In this document: one piece after another, positions 22,300 to 33,799 of the stretch
Layout: each line of letters opens with the position of its first letter
Numbering within the stretch: position 1 is the first letter of the stretch
Origin: Schizosaccharomyces osmophilus
Taxonomy: Eukaryota
Assembly: GCF_027921745.1 (NCBI RefSeq)
Contig: NC_079238.1
Coordinates: forward strand, 5,518,001-5,565,604
DNA length: 47,604 nt
Direction: 5' to 3'
Notes under the pieces: generated by a model
Told to the model about the DNA's origin: nothing
The model's input: only the letters and a program-made list of their open reading frames with translations
Database searches by the model: none
Position numbers and translations under genes: made by a program

Positions 22300-22535
22300 G
22301 GACAATGCTACAGAGGCTGACTTTTTGGGTTACAATTACTATGAATGGTATGGTGACTCGAACTTGTATGCTTCCGGTTATGCTGCTCGTACAAATGAGC
22401 TCCAAAATATCACTGTTCCCATCTTTTTTTTCTGAATTGGGCTGCAACATCATTCACCCTCGTATCTTGACTGAAGTTGTCCAGGCGATATACTCCAAAA
22501 ACATGACTGACGTTTGGAGCGAAGGTATTGGCATC
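22300..22535 (+). pseudogene. GH72 1,3-beta-glucanosyltransferase (gas-like) fragment
   Basis: [38 protein letters not shown], then a frameshift in a T run, then [34 protein letters not shown]. This matches the GH72 YEWCG...FSEYGC...DVWSGG pattern. Confidence 0.85.
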
Positions 22536-23119
22536 CTATCTTTGATGAATCCTAGTCATGAAATTGTATTTATTTTAAAAGAAATTGATTGTTTTAATGT
22601 GATTTTAATCCTTCTTTTCTAGTCTACATTGCGAAACTCTACTTTAAGACTATAGAAGCCCACCAAGGAATAAAACAGTACCACCACCATTCATTCATGT
22701 CTGAATATGATGTACAATTGACACCTTCAAACACAAATATAAAATAAAGAAGACTAAACTAAACCGTTATATGGAATATTATGGGCTCTCTTCTTGAAAG
22801 CAAGTAATCCAAAACTTGTGGACCAACCGTTCTCATCGAGTAACCGAGCCAATTCTTTTAACACTCCTTTTCTAGATAAACTCAACCTGTTTCAGAAATA
22901 ATAAAATTTGACGGGCTACAAGTTGCGAACATCAGACAGGCGAGATTGAATTCGATATTGCTTTGAAGACCGAACTACCGAGTTTCAAATAGCCTTTGCG
23001 TCATAACGGTTCGTGAGTCATCTATGTATATTATATATATATATATATAGCTGCATGCGATGGACAACGATTGATCAGCGAATTTCACCCATCCTTTGCT
23101 TTGCTTACCAGTTCCCACT

Positions 23120-23692
23120 ATGGATATTGAAGATTATAATACCATTTCGAATTACAACAGGGATTATGACAATTATATCTTGCCAAATAAGAAATCACGA
23201 GATGCAGTCGATGCTCACATAGATATACAAGCCGTTACTTGGGCTATTATTAGTATGGTGATTGACATGTTAGGTGACCAGGCAAACAAGTGGAAGTATC
23301 GAATTGAAGGAGAAAACAACCATGTTAGCGTTTGGCCTACTGAAGCAGGCATCAACAGAGATACCATAAGCGACTTGGAGGATTCTGCTAAACATAATCT
23401 TAGAATACGTGGGTTCCCCATATTAGAGCCAAAAGATATAGAAAACCGCTCTGACGAAGAACCAAGTCAAAGCGAGGGGCCCCTGACCGCTATTTCTGAT
23501 GCTGTTTGTCTAATCTGCGACTGCTGGCTGGCTTATACCACGAAATTAGGGTTAATAAGAAGTGGAAACTTTATCAAGAATAAAGAATGTAAAGACAGTG
23601 CCCGTGACTTAGAATTATGGCGTTTCCGTAATGATCACAACAAAACTGGAATGGAAGATGGAGAGATGTTTACCAACATACTAAAAGAGTAA
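23120..23692 (+). CDS. Hypothetical protein, about 190 aa (possibly 5'-damaged)
   Basis: A long open frame with protein-like composition in AT-rich DNA; no family recognised. Confidence 0.45.
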   Translation: MDIEDYNTISNYNRDYDNYILPNKKSRDAVDAHIDIQAVTWAIISMVIDMLGDQANKWKYRIEGENNHVSVWPTEAGINRDTISDLEDSAKHNLRIRGFPILEPKDIENRSDEEPSQSEGPLTAISDAVCLICDCWLAYTTKLGLIRSGNFIKNKECKDSARDLELWRFRNDHNKTGMEDGEMFTNILKE

Positions 23693-23818
23693 GGGATCAC
23701 TAGTCATCTTCATGGCTCAATATAGCATTTCTATCTTTTTCACAGTGTCCATTGATTACGGGAGGTGTCATATCCAGGACTCTATAATTATAAATGTCGA
23801 TCTTATTATGCATATAAC

Positions 23819-24227
23819 TGTCACAGGCGACGTCTCACTCGTTGTGAGAATAAGTATTCAGAGGAAAAGATGTATGTAATAACAATTCAGTAAATTGTAT
23901 GTTTGACTTTCAATTGGATGCTTTTGGTACTACTTGAATTGAATAGCAATAGCTCCCAGGGATCTGATTCACTAACAAAGTGTTATGAACAATCTATTTA
24001 GCTAGATCAGTCAAATCTTCCTATCTGAAGAGTTGAGCTCTCAATTAGAGGTATACATATATATCTTTCTAGAATTAGTAAGCTCCTTTTCAGCCTTTTT
24101 TTTAGATTTTAGATTTTCAAAGTTTTCAATCGCAAAAATAAACATTTACTTTATGTAATAACGCATTTGATAATACAATGTGATTATTGTATCAAAATAA
24201 TAGTAATATCGTATACCATTTATGACA
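23819..24227. mobile_element. Solo LTR, Tf-type retrotransposon
   Basis: Begins TGTCACAGGCG and ends TATGACA; 409 bp; homologous to 36533-36914; flanks ATAAC/ATGAC form a 4/5-matching TSD. Confidence 0.88.
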
Positions 24228-24402
24228 ATGACGCTAACTTATCCTCATAACAAGTGAGACCCAACCTGTGACAAATCCCTTCAACAGCTTATATAATCGT
24301 AAATGGTCGCTTATTCAGGATAGGTTACTACTCTGCTTCATAGCTAGATAGCTAGTGTTAAGTGAAAAGCTGCTCATCGTCTTTGCCTCATTTCACTTAT
24401 AT

Positions 24403-25443
24403 TTAAGAATCAATCTTGAGAACAACCTTACCAACGTGCTTTTGACTCCATAGGTAGTCATAAGCTTCCCTCAGCTGTTCAAAGGGAAATACCTTGTCAA
24501 CGAGAGGGTGAATATCGTTTGCCTCAATACAAGCAATCATGTCTGCAAACATGTGGACATGTCCAACAAAGATACCACGGATGATGGCATTCTTGTTGAG
24601 AATTTTGCCAATCAACGAGGTGACATTAAGGCTGGCACCTTCTTGAGCAAGGAAACCAATCGAGCTGATGACTCCGCCTAAAACCAAGACATCCAAAGAT
24701 TGACCCAATGTTTTTTCACCGCCGACTTCGACGACATGATGATAACCAACATTGTCGGTAGCTTCCAAAGCAGGTTTGGCCCATTCGGGGTTCGTCTTGT
24801 AATTGATCAAGTTGGTAGCACCCAGATTCTTGGCAATTTTCAGTTTCTCATCGGAAGAAGAAAGTACTGTGGTACGAGCACCAGCAGCAGCGGCGAATTG
24901 GAGAGCAAAGATGGAAACACCACCAGTACCCTGGATCAAGACATTTTGACCCGGTTTCAATTTATCCTCGCAACCAAACAAGGCGTTCCATGCGGTCACG
25001 GCAGCACAAGGCAAAGTGGATGTCTCTTCGAAGCTCAAGTTCCTAGGTGCATGATTCAGGGCATGAGCAGGGAAGAAACCAACTTTGCGGAAAGCACCGT
25101 TCACAGTACCACCCAAGGCACTACCATAGCCGTGCTGGGTTGGTTTTCCGTCAACGTAATCAGCGAAGAAATTGCAAACCACTTTGTCGCCAGGCTTATA
25201 TTCATCCACATCACTACCGACCTTTTCAACAACACCGACACCATCAGAGCCGGGAACTACCGGAAGATTCAAATGAAGAGGATACATGCCCTTTGTAATA
25301 ATCAAATCTCTGTAATTGAGAGAAGCCGCCTTGAGATTTACCTGAACCTCATTAGGCTTAAGGGATTGAACTTCCTTGGTGTCTTCGATCTTGAGTTGAT
25401 CAAAGCCACTCTTAGTGTCGCTAACTACGTATTGCAATGGCAT
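24403..25443 (-). CDS. MDR-superfamily zinc-type alcohol dehydrogenase-like / quinone oxidoreductase
   Basis: AASLNYRD, VPGSDGVG, TLPCAAVTAWNAL, QGTGGVS and HVGKVV. Start taken at MPLQY; the ORF is open to 25458. Confidence 0.92.
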   Translation of the reverse strand: MPLQYVVSDTKSGFDQLKIEDTKEVQSLKPNEVQVNLKAASLNYRDLIITKGMYPLHLNLPVVPGSDGVGVVEKVGSDVDEYKPGDKVVCNFFADYVDGKPTQHGYGSALGGTVNGAFRKVGFFPAHALNHAPRNLSFEETSTLPCAAVTAWNALFGCEDKLKPGQNVLIQGTGGVSIFALQFAAAAGARTTVLSSSDEKLKIAKNLGATNLINYKTNPEWAKPALEATDNVGYHHVVEVGGEKTLGQSLDVLVLGGVISSIGFLAQEGASLNVTSLIGKILNKNAIIRGIFVGHVHMFADMIACIEANDIHPLVDKVFPFEQLREAYDYLWSQKHVGKVVLKIDS

Positions 25444-25567
25444 CTTAAAACAGTCCACTTATCAGTTTAAATATCCTATGATGGGTATTTTCTTTGATTG
25501 TGTAGCTTTTTGGTTTGTTTAATATACATAAAATGGTATTTATATCATTGTGAGGTTTGAAATTTTC

Positions 25568-25730
25568 GTTTGCTTATATAACCGCCATTTACGTATTTAG
25601 TAAGCTTGGCTCGTTTCTTAGTAATGAGGCATTCGCGCATTTTTTAGTTTGCTTATATAACCTCCGTTTACGTATTTAGTAAGCTTGGCTCGTTTCTTAC
25701 TAATTAGGCATTCGTCCACTATTTTAGTTT
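25568..25730. promoter_or_regulatory. 79-bp tandem duplication carrying AP-1/Pap1-like sites
   Basis: Units start at 25568 and 25647; each contains TTACGTAT, TTAGTAA and a second TTAGTAA/TTACTAA. Confidence 0.7.
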
Positions 25731-26174
25731 TGAAATTTTTCTTTCGAGTACGATTGAACACATTGGGAAATTATTGTAGCTCTTTTTTTTTTTTTAAGTG
25801 ATCATCGGGGAAAGCAAATATTGACTTTGAACATATGTTTTGAAAGGTATATGTACAACATGGATTGAAAAAATGAAGCAAGAATTGAGATGGGCCGTCG
25901 CTTTGAAAGTCTAACTGAAGTGCAATGAAAACGATGAATTCGTTGGCGAAGCTACGTTCAATTCAATAAAAACAGACATATTGCTGGTAAAACGAACTTT
26001 AGATATTACGTTTGTCCAAGAAAAGACGTAAAACCATTGTCACGATAATGTCAGAGCAAGCTCTAATATTACTTTAAAGTTTTGATTCTAATTACTTTAT
26101 AGAGTATATTACTCTATATCAACGTAAACAAAGTGGGAAAACAGATTGATATTTGTGGTGTAATCATAATTATT

Positions 26175-27010
26175 GGAAGAGCAGTTGAAGCGATCGATTC
26201 CAGCTTCGCGGCCAGGGCGATTTGCCCAAATAGTGAGAATATTGGTGACAGATGTAAGATTCTAGAGCCCGCACGAGTTTTCTAATGTCACTGGGACATC
26301 AACTTCAATATGGTTACTACTTTTTTCAATATGAAAGTGAAAGTTGGCAGTCTTTTTTGTCAGTGGCTTGGGTTACATCTTTGCCATTAGCTTTTTCACT
26401 TTTTTGCTTCCGATGAGAACAACATCTTATATTTTAGCAGCATTGGAAGGGGCCGCAGTAGAAGAAGAAGAAGAAGAAGAAGAAGAAGAAACAGGACTAT
26501 TTGGAATTGCAAGGGCTGTAAAGCCAATACACTTGCTATTACCATTTCCTTTCCCAAAAAAGACAGAGTAAACAGAGGAATTTTCTTCGATAAGACAAGC
26601 TACGGGGTTTTGTCCATGAAGTTCCAGAGCATAGCCAGAAGCAATGCATTCTCCAAAATCAAATCCAAGAATGGAACCCTCATCATTACGTTGAAAATAT
26701 AACGCACTGTTATCGCCAAGGTGAGCAGAAAATCTTTCATGGAGTAAATAAGTATCTGCTAAAGTAAATTTGGCCGCTTCAGTTCCATTATCATAAGGAT
26801 CGAGGTAGACGTTATTGTGTCACCAACATAAAAGGAATGGAAATGAGCGTTAACGTTACCTGAGCGGAGGCTCATTACAGAAAACTCTTCATTCTGTTTG
26901 ATATTAGAACGGTCGGTTAGAGGAGCTGCAAGAGAAGAAATTGGGCTACAAGCTAAAAGGGAGAATAAGGCAGAAGAAAGAGAAACGGAGGAAAACAACT
27001 TTACCTTAGA
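26175..27010 (-). pseudogene. Pseudogene duplicate of the PhiA/But2-like gene at 13307-13870
   Basis: Near-identical to 13048-13870. The ATG is replaced by GTA, there is a 1-nt deletion near 26817 (ttattgtgtcacc vs ttattgttgtcacc), and the GAA/Ser repeat is longer. Confidence 0.9.
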
Positions 27011-28795
27011 AAAGGCAGACAATTCTTTAGAGTGTGGAAAATCAAAGATGAGGGCCAAAAAATGAAAAAATGAATGAATAGATGGATAAGACAAGGCAAG
27101 ACAATCTAATGTTTACAAAGGATACTATAAAAAGTGAACGATATAAAAGTGAAGGGAATGATGCAAAGTAAAAATAAAAAAGCTACTGTTAATCTTTTCA
27201 AAAGTACCTGAATCACACAATGATTAAGACTTTAATGATTTCCAAACTGATGATTGTGGTTTCAAATGATGATGAGGAGAGTGTCCTATTTATAGCAAGT
27301 CCATGGCCGTTTTGCAGTCCCTTCCAGAATCATAGAATCATGAAACGACAGGCTGAAACCCATTGTCACAAGTTTTCCCTTCTCCTCTTTCGAACGTCTT
27401 CACCTCGTCATTCTATCGTTTTCTCAAGTTGCTACAGGATGTAAACCAAGCGTACTATGTGCAATTGTCGGAGTGGGTGTTGTCCTATATGTCACTTCTT
27501 GATAGCCGACCATTTAACCTTTGATTTGATTGAGGAAAGAATATATTCGATTTCTACTAAAAAACCTCTTGAGCTTTCTCGGTATATAATCGGTCGCGTT
27601 GCTCATGTCTACAAAACAACTCCACATTTGTTTATTACATTGCCAAACGAATTTGCCATTATCTCGCACCCTGTCTTAGTAACGAATGTAAAAGTGAAAC
27701 TCAAATGAAGTAACCGAAAAGTCATTGCATCGCACCTGGGAAATGTTTCATACCGTTCAAGGTCATACATCTAACTTTGAACATTTCATATCTGAGCATA
27801 AATCTCTTTAATTTTCTTTCCTTTCCTTTTGTTTCTGTTTTGTTTTGTTTTGTTTTTCTTTTCTTTTGTTTCGTCGGAGTTGTAAAACTCCATTTCCTTC
27901 TTGGATTCGGTGAAATCATGGGACTTTTCGGTCATATTGATATCAGTTCTTCTTTTATTCCCGGAAAACTAGGTTTCGGTATGGACAGACATTCTATGTC
28001 CCAAGGTTTCGCAAAGCGTCTGTCTAAAATGGGTACGCTCTTGGCTGTGCCCAAGTTTGATTCAATGCAGGTGAGATAAGTCAAAGTTATTCAGCCAGGG
28101 AACGTTTGACTTGGTTGTTGTTTTCGTTTTTTTTTTGTATGATTTTCGTTTGCAATAAATGAAACAATTGAATATAATGATTACCACATACTTCAACGAA
28201 AACGTTGATGAATGTTGTTGCCATGGTTGAAAGACTATGAAAAGAGCTCTATTGTATTGAAATCCATTGTATTTCTCGTAATCTAAAAGAATCTAAAAGA
28301 AAAGTTGTCTGAGAGGGTTAGGCACCACTCCATTGATCTGATTCAGTGGTCTCCTGTACAAATTTGCAAGAGACACTTTACAAAAATGGGGTTACGGATA
28401 TTACTTATATGCCTTTCATCATGCAGCCTACAAGGAGGAATCCAACGAGGTTGAGATGTGCAAAACCAATGGGACGATGCTGAAAAACTTTGTGCTTGGT
28501 CTCGAGAAGAACAATGATAGGTCCTTTCAGGAGAGTTGTGTTAAACCTGGTTGAACTATTTTAGTTTTCGATCATATCGTTCAATTAAATGATGAAGAAT
28601 TGAACTGTTAAAAGAAAACAAATAAAAATCAACTACCTTTTTTGCCTCCTTTCTAATTGTCCTCCAAAAGGGCTACTACTTGTATTTACGATTTCAGCCC
28701 AACTATTAGGTAGAAAACAAATATAAATAGCGAGATTTGTTTAAAAAGAAAGAAATCAAACAAAAAGAGAAGGAATAGAAAAAGAAAAAGAAAAA

Positions 28796-28914
28796 AGCCT
28801 ACAGCACCCCGGATTCCCATGTTGTCTCCAACCATAGTACTAACGAGGCCCTCAGACGCTTAACTGCAGTGATCGGACGGGAACTGGTGTTTTCGCCTAG
28901 GTGTGGCCGTAGAC
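28796..28914 (-). rRNA. 5S rRNA gene
   Basis: 119 nt, same sequence by eye as 20363-20481, with an oligo-T terminator. Confidence 0.98.
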
Positions 28915-29243
28915 ATCGATTTGCTTTGTAAAAACAACAAGAGTAATTTGTCTTGCTGTAGTTTTGTCTTTAACATTGTGTGTTGGCCTGCTATCCTTTA
29001 AGATCCAATTCGACTCGGCTCTATCTTTGGTTATTTTTCATGGCTAAATGGAGAATGATTTGTTTCATTACAAAATTGGTAAAGTGCAACACTTGGATTG
29101 AGAACAAACTGTTTTTCCCTGTTCTATTGATTCACATTGTGCTAGGCCACCACCACCTAGGTAAAGGAAAGCTGGACGAATAAAGTTGGAATATGCGAGA
29201 ACGTTCGTTACTTTTCATCATACAAAAGAGGAATAGATGATTT

Positions 29244-29511
29244 TTCTAGAGGTATCGAGAATGACGAGGGAAGCTGTAGTAGTAAACAAAAGGATTCAAG
29301 GAAAAAAGAAGCAAACAAAAGAAAAGAAAAAAAAATGCTATTTTCTAATTCAGATTGAAAAAGAAAGAACGAACTATGACAAGAGAGATGAATGAATTGC
29401 ACGGAAATTCGTGGAATCCCGGTGGTGGCCAAGTGGCCAGGCCAGCAGCATCTAGAAAGTACTAGGGCTCTTAAGAAATGATCGACCCATCCTTGTGTTC
29501 AGGTATAAATA
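29244..29511 (+). promoter_or_regulatory. hsp16 copy 1 promoter: HSE-like nGAAn arrays and TATA box
   Basis: TTCtaGAGgtATCgaGAA at 29244, tctaGAAag near 29451 and TATAAATA at 29504; all conserved in front of copy 2. Confidence 0.6.
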
Positions 29512-29610
29512 AGAGGCAAGTAGAGGCAGTTCAACAACATTGACAAAAAAGAAAAAGAAATCAGAATTCTTTGATTGATTGTTATTTGAAATTAACAAGC
29601 GCTATTTACA

Positions 29611-30042
29611 ATGTCTCTTCAACCTTTCTTCGACTTATACCCATTTCAAGACGGTCTTTCTGACTTTTTGAGTTATTCTCCTCGTGTCCAACGCCAGAAT
29701 CGTGTTGGCGATTTGTCACCTGCCATTGATGTTCACGAAGGCAAAGACACGGTTGCTGTTGATGTAGAACTTCCTGGTGTCAAAAAGCAAGACGTACAAG
29801 TTCATTACGACGAAGGAAAGCTTACCATTTCTGGTGAATCCGTGAATGAGCGCAAGAGTGAAAGCGACAAGGGAAACCAAAGATGGTCGGAACGTCGCTT
29901 TGGTTCCTTCTCCCGAACAATCACCATTCCAAACAAGGTAGATGCCGATCGCATTGAAGCTCAATTCAACCACGGTATTTTAAGCGTTGTCTTGCCCAAG
30001 ATTGAGGAATCTCGCTCCAAGAAGCAAATCGCCATTCACTGA
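29611..30042 (+). CDS. hsp16: Small heat shock protein Hsp16 (Hsp20 family), copy 1
   Basis: MSLQPFF start, LSPAIDVHEGKDTV, ELPGVKK, WSERRFGSFSRTI and GILSVVLPK; 143 aa. Confidence 0.95.
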   Translation: MSLQPFFDLYPFQDGLSDFLSYSPRVQRQNRVGDLSPAIDVHEGKDTVAVDVELPGVKKQDVQVHYDEGKLTISGESVNERKSESDKGNQRWSERRFGSFSRTITIPNKVDADRIEAQFNHGILSVVLPKIEESRSKKQIAIH

Positions 30043-32349
30043 ATCTGAGACCGAATTGGAAAAACTTTGATGGAGCAAAAGCAAACCGATTGACAAGTTC
30101 ACGACCATTATGTTTTCATGATAATTTAGCATTGGCATTTTTGATGAAAAATAATCTGTGAATAATTAATATATAATTTAGAGAATGAATATAAAAGACA
30201 CTTACGGATTTAATAATTGTGACTATTGTGTATGGTGTAACCATAGAAGTGAAAATCAAATGTAATTCTTTGAATCGTTATATTACGCTGATTCCTGTAC
30301 TTATAGTTACTGAACGACTTTTTCGAAAAGAACAGAGATCCTACCTCTTCCAAAATAGAAGCCATAAGGCATGCTATGATATTCTCAATGATAGTTTGAA
30401 AAAAGTAAAGGTAAAGGTAAAGGTAAAGAAAAGTCAATAAAAATACAGAATATAAAAAGAAAAAGGAAAAGGAAATCTCGTTTCGTTTATGCTCGTTATG
30501 TGAATGCATGGTTTAGAATCGACGGTATCGCTGTTTTTTCTTTCTTTCTTTACATATTTCTTTACATTAAAAGATAAAAGAAATAGTCGTCGGTTAGTTG
30601 TTGATGAATCACGAATTCAATTCATCGTTTGGAGTATTATGACTCGTATCGTGACTTATACTTGCTCGGGCTGAGATCAACCCAAACGAAAAAGGAAGGA
30701 ATTCATTGGAAAAAAGTACTTGGCAACTTTATAAAACAGTATGAATGACTCAATGGCAAGATTAGCGGTTTTATTTTTATCTAGCGACCGCTGTAGCCAG
30801 AATGTATATGTAATCATCACTATGAAAATAATAACTAAAGTGGAATCGTAGCAGCAATGGTTTCCTCAAACTCATTTAGAGACCTAACCTAGCATTGCAT
30901 ACAGTACGACAGTACGAGATAGCTTAGTTTGGTTTGGGTCAACACAGCATATGACAAAGTGAAATCTTGTCAGAAAACAAGATATTTCAAATTCAATTCA
31001 ATTCCATTCATAAAAACATTGAAAAATGAAAACTGCTATGCTTTAAAGACAAGGGCATTCATTCATACTCACATTTGGTCTCATTGGAAAGCACGGTACG
31101 GTACCATTTTAACATTGCACAAAACACTCGGCGAATAAATAAGATGGCATTCGACAAATTGTAGGTAAACAAACACTTGGATGTAGACAGGTTTGAGAGA
31201 ATTCCAAGAATTTTATCAGCTAAATGAAACAGCACTAATCTTGTAACGATGCGGCCGTTTGGTTTGCGGGCAAAAATACACTACACTACCTGCGATACAA
31301 AACACTTGGGTTACATTTGGTTATTGAGTATATGGATTGAGTTGCAATGGGATGCGTATATCTGATGCACTTGGAATTATTTATTTTTTAATTTATTTTT
31401 TTTTATATAGTTTTGTGTCTAATTCCATGGCAAAGAACTCTGAGTTTGTACTTGTAATTGACTTTGTCTTGGTCTTGAGAGAGCTCTTGCGTGTCTACTG
31501 AAACAGTTGATTGTATGAACTTGATTCTTTTCTTGGTGAAACATTGAAAAAGAGAGGAATTGTTTCAATTCAATTGGATTCAATATAAATTAATTCCATT
31601 AAGTTAAGTTATGTTTGGCTTAACTTTTTAATCATTGTTTTTCGCGTTGAATTGAGACTTTTTTTCGCTGATTTTTATAGACAGAAATTTTTCTCATAAT
31701 TGTATTTTTTCCATAGTATTGCATTCTATTCTAACTTTTTTTTTGGGTGATTCACACAGTAGTTGTCGAAAAAATAAACAATTTTTAGACTTTCATGAAC
31801 AAAAACAACAAAAAAAAGAAAAAAAAACACAATTACAACAAACGGGATTTGAATGTTTCTGACTGCTAGACGTCGAGTAATTCACGAATTTCGATTTTCT
31901 AAAAGCTAGGATACCAAATACACATTACTGTTCCGTAAAGCTATAAGCCGCTATGCCCTAGTAGTGTAACCCAAGCTGTGGGTAGAGCTGTGGATCACAG
32001 TAAGGTGTGCAGTAGTTGCTGTATTTCACGGTACACTCTTGTACTCAGAAACACTTAGTATAGTATGTCGGACTTGCAACCGACCGCCAGATATCCTTGA
32101 CACCCTTGGGCCCCGTTAACGCCATCCGTCAAAGATAACATAGCATGACAAAGCATACCTGTTAGCATGTCCCAATCATGTAAATAGCCTGAAAAAGCAT
32201 GACAAAGCACCATCCTTCCAGCTTGGCATAAATACCCTAAATCCTTCACTCATTGCCATCCTACCTACAATCGCTATATAGGAAACCCAAACTACCAAGT
32301 CTCACCCGAGTAACCCAATCCAGTACAGACTATATCGAGAATATCCATC

Positions 32350-32823
32350 ATGTCCGTGCCGGCACTTCCAGCTATCCTCACACCTGCCCTAAGCGGCCGC
32401 GACGCCGTCGCTGATGCCCTCTATCGCAGCGTCATGGCCTTAGACACAGCCGACGATGCTCTCTTCAAATCTGCCTTTACCACTGATGCCGTCTTGGACG
32501 TCAACGGTACCATCATGGAAGGCTACGATGCCATTTACAGTCAATGCTACGCCATGCTCACCAAATTGGACACCAACCACTTCCTTTCCAACATGCGTAT
32601 CAACATCATAGAAGGAGACTCGAAGGCTCAGGTGACATGCTCTGCTCTTTCTCAACACTACCGTGGTGGAGAGGGCATGAATCCCGGCTCTGACTTTCTG
32701 CTTGCTGGTGGATTGTACTGGGTGGAGCTGGTTAAGGATTCTGGAGACGGATTGTGGAAGATGAAACACTGGACGCTAAAGTCAACTTGGGGACAAGGTG
32801 ACTGGGGCATTCTTGGCAAATAG
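32350..32823 (+). CDS. SnoaL-like (NTF2-fold) domain protein
   Basis: R(D)AVADALYR...LDT.D...F.SAFT.DA, T.H..SN.RI, G..Y..ELVKD...WK; intact 157 aa and visibly GC-rich. Confidence 0.85.
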   Translation: MSVPALPAILTPALSGRDAVADALYRSVMALDTADDALFKSAFTTDAVLDVNGTIMEGYDAIYSQCYAMLTKLDTNHFLSNMRINIIEGDSKAQVTCSALSQHYRGGEGMNPGSDFLLAGGLYWVELVKDSGDGLWKMKHWTLKSTWGQGDWGILGK

Positions 32824-33449
32824 ATTAGACGCTACAGAGCGAGATCTATGCAGTTTGTTCCATACGTTGGTGTTTTGAAATTTAGATTTAGCTTCCTTTT
32901 GCTCAACCTTGGTCCTTTGTGGAACTCAATGGAGGATGCTGGGTAATATACAATGCGTTTTTTTTTTTTTCGTAGCTTGACTCTTTATAACTCAATGCAG
33001 CCTGTCATTACTTACTGCAAAGAAAATATAAAGGAGTTCTTGTTCAAAGAAGGATCGTTTTTTTTTCGTTTTTTCGCTTTTCCGTCAGACTTGTAATTCG
33101 GTGAAATCACGGATGTTTTTCGATCTTATTAACACCAGTTCTCCTTTTTTTCCTAAAAAATAAGTTTGGTTTTAGATAGACATTCTTTATGCCCAGTACT
33201 TTGGTATATCTACAGTCGGAATCTTTTTCAGACTGGGGGATTCAAAATTGCTGAATACAATTTAATAATTTTAATTTTTAAATAAGATACAAGACAAAAA
33301 AAATCCATAATTTGAGAATCAGATTGCAATATGATTGAAAAAAAAAAAAAAACTAAAAACAACTACCTTGCTTACCACGCTGTTTGTAAATGACAAATGG
33401 AAAAGAAGGTAACACATACAAAGAAGAATATCTGATATATGATGTTAGT

Positions 33450-33702
33450 TTCTAGAGGTATCTAGAACGGCCACTATAACAAGGTAAACAAGCCAAAAAA
33501 ATGCAGATTATCCATGAAAACAAAAGCGAAAATTATAATAATAGTTAAAACTAATAAAAAGAACAAAAACAAGCAAGAAAGAAGTAGAAGGAACAATGTC
33601 GAAATCTCTAGAAGGACCAAGAGGTGGCAAGTCATCACAAATCTGGAAAGTACTAGGTCGCTTATAGAAAGTTTGTTATTTTCAGTAGTTCAAGTATAAA
33701 TA
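33450..33702 (+). promoter_or_regulatory. hsp16 copy 2 promoter: HSE-like arrays and TATA box
   Basis: TTCtaGAGgtATCtaGAA at 33450 and TATAAATA at 33695. Confidence 0.6.
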
Positions 33703-33799
33703 GGAGTGAAGTAGAGGAGGTTCAACAACATTGACAAAAAAAAGAACAAGAGTTAATTTTATAGTTTATTTTCAAGTGTGAAAACAAGCGCTATTTACA

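Noticed and set aside
24700..25470. 256-aa plus-strand ORF
   Set aside because: Antisense shadow of the MDR dehydrogenase; no motifs.
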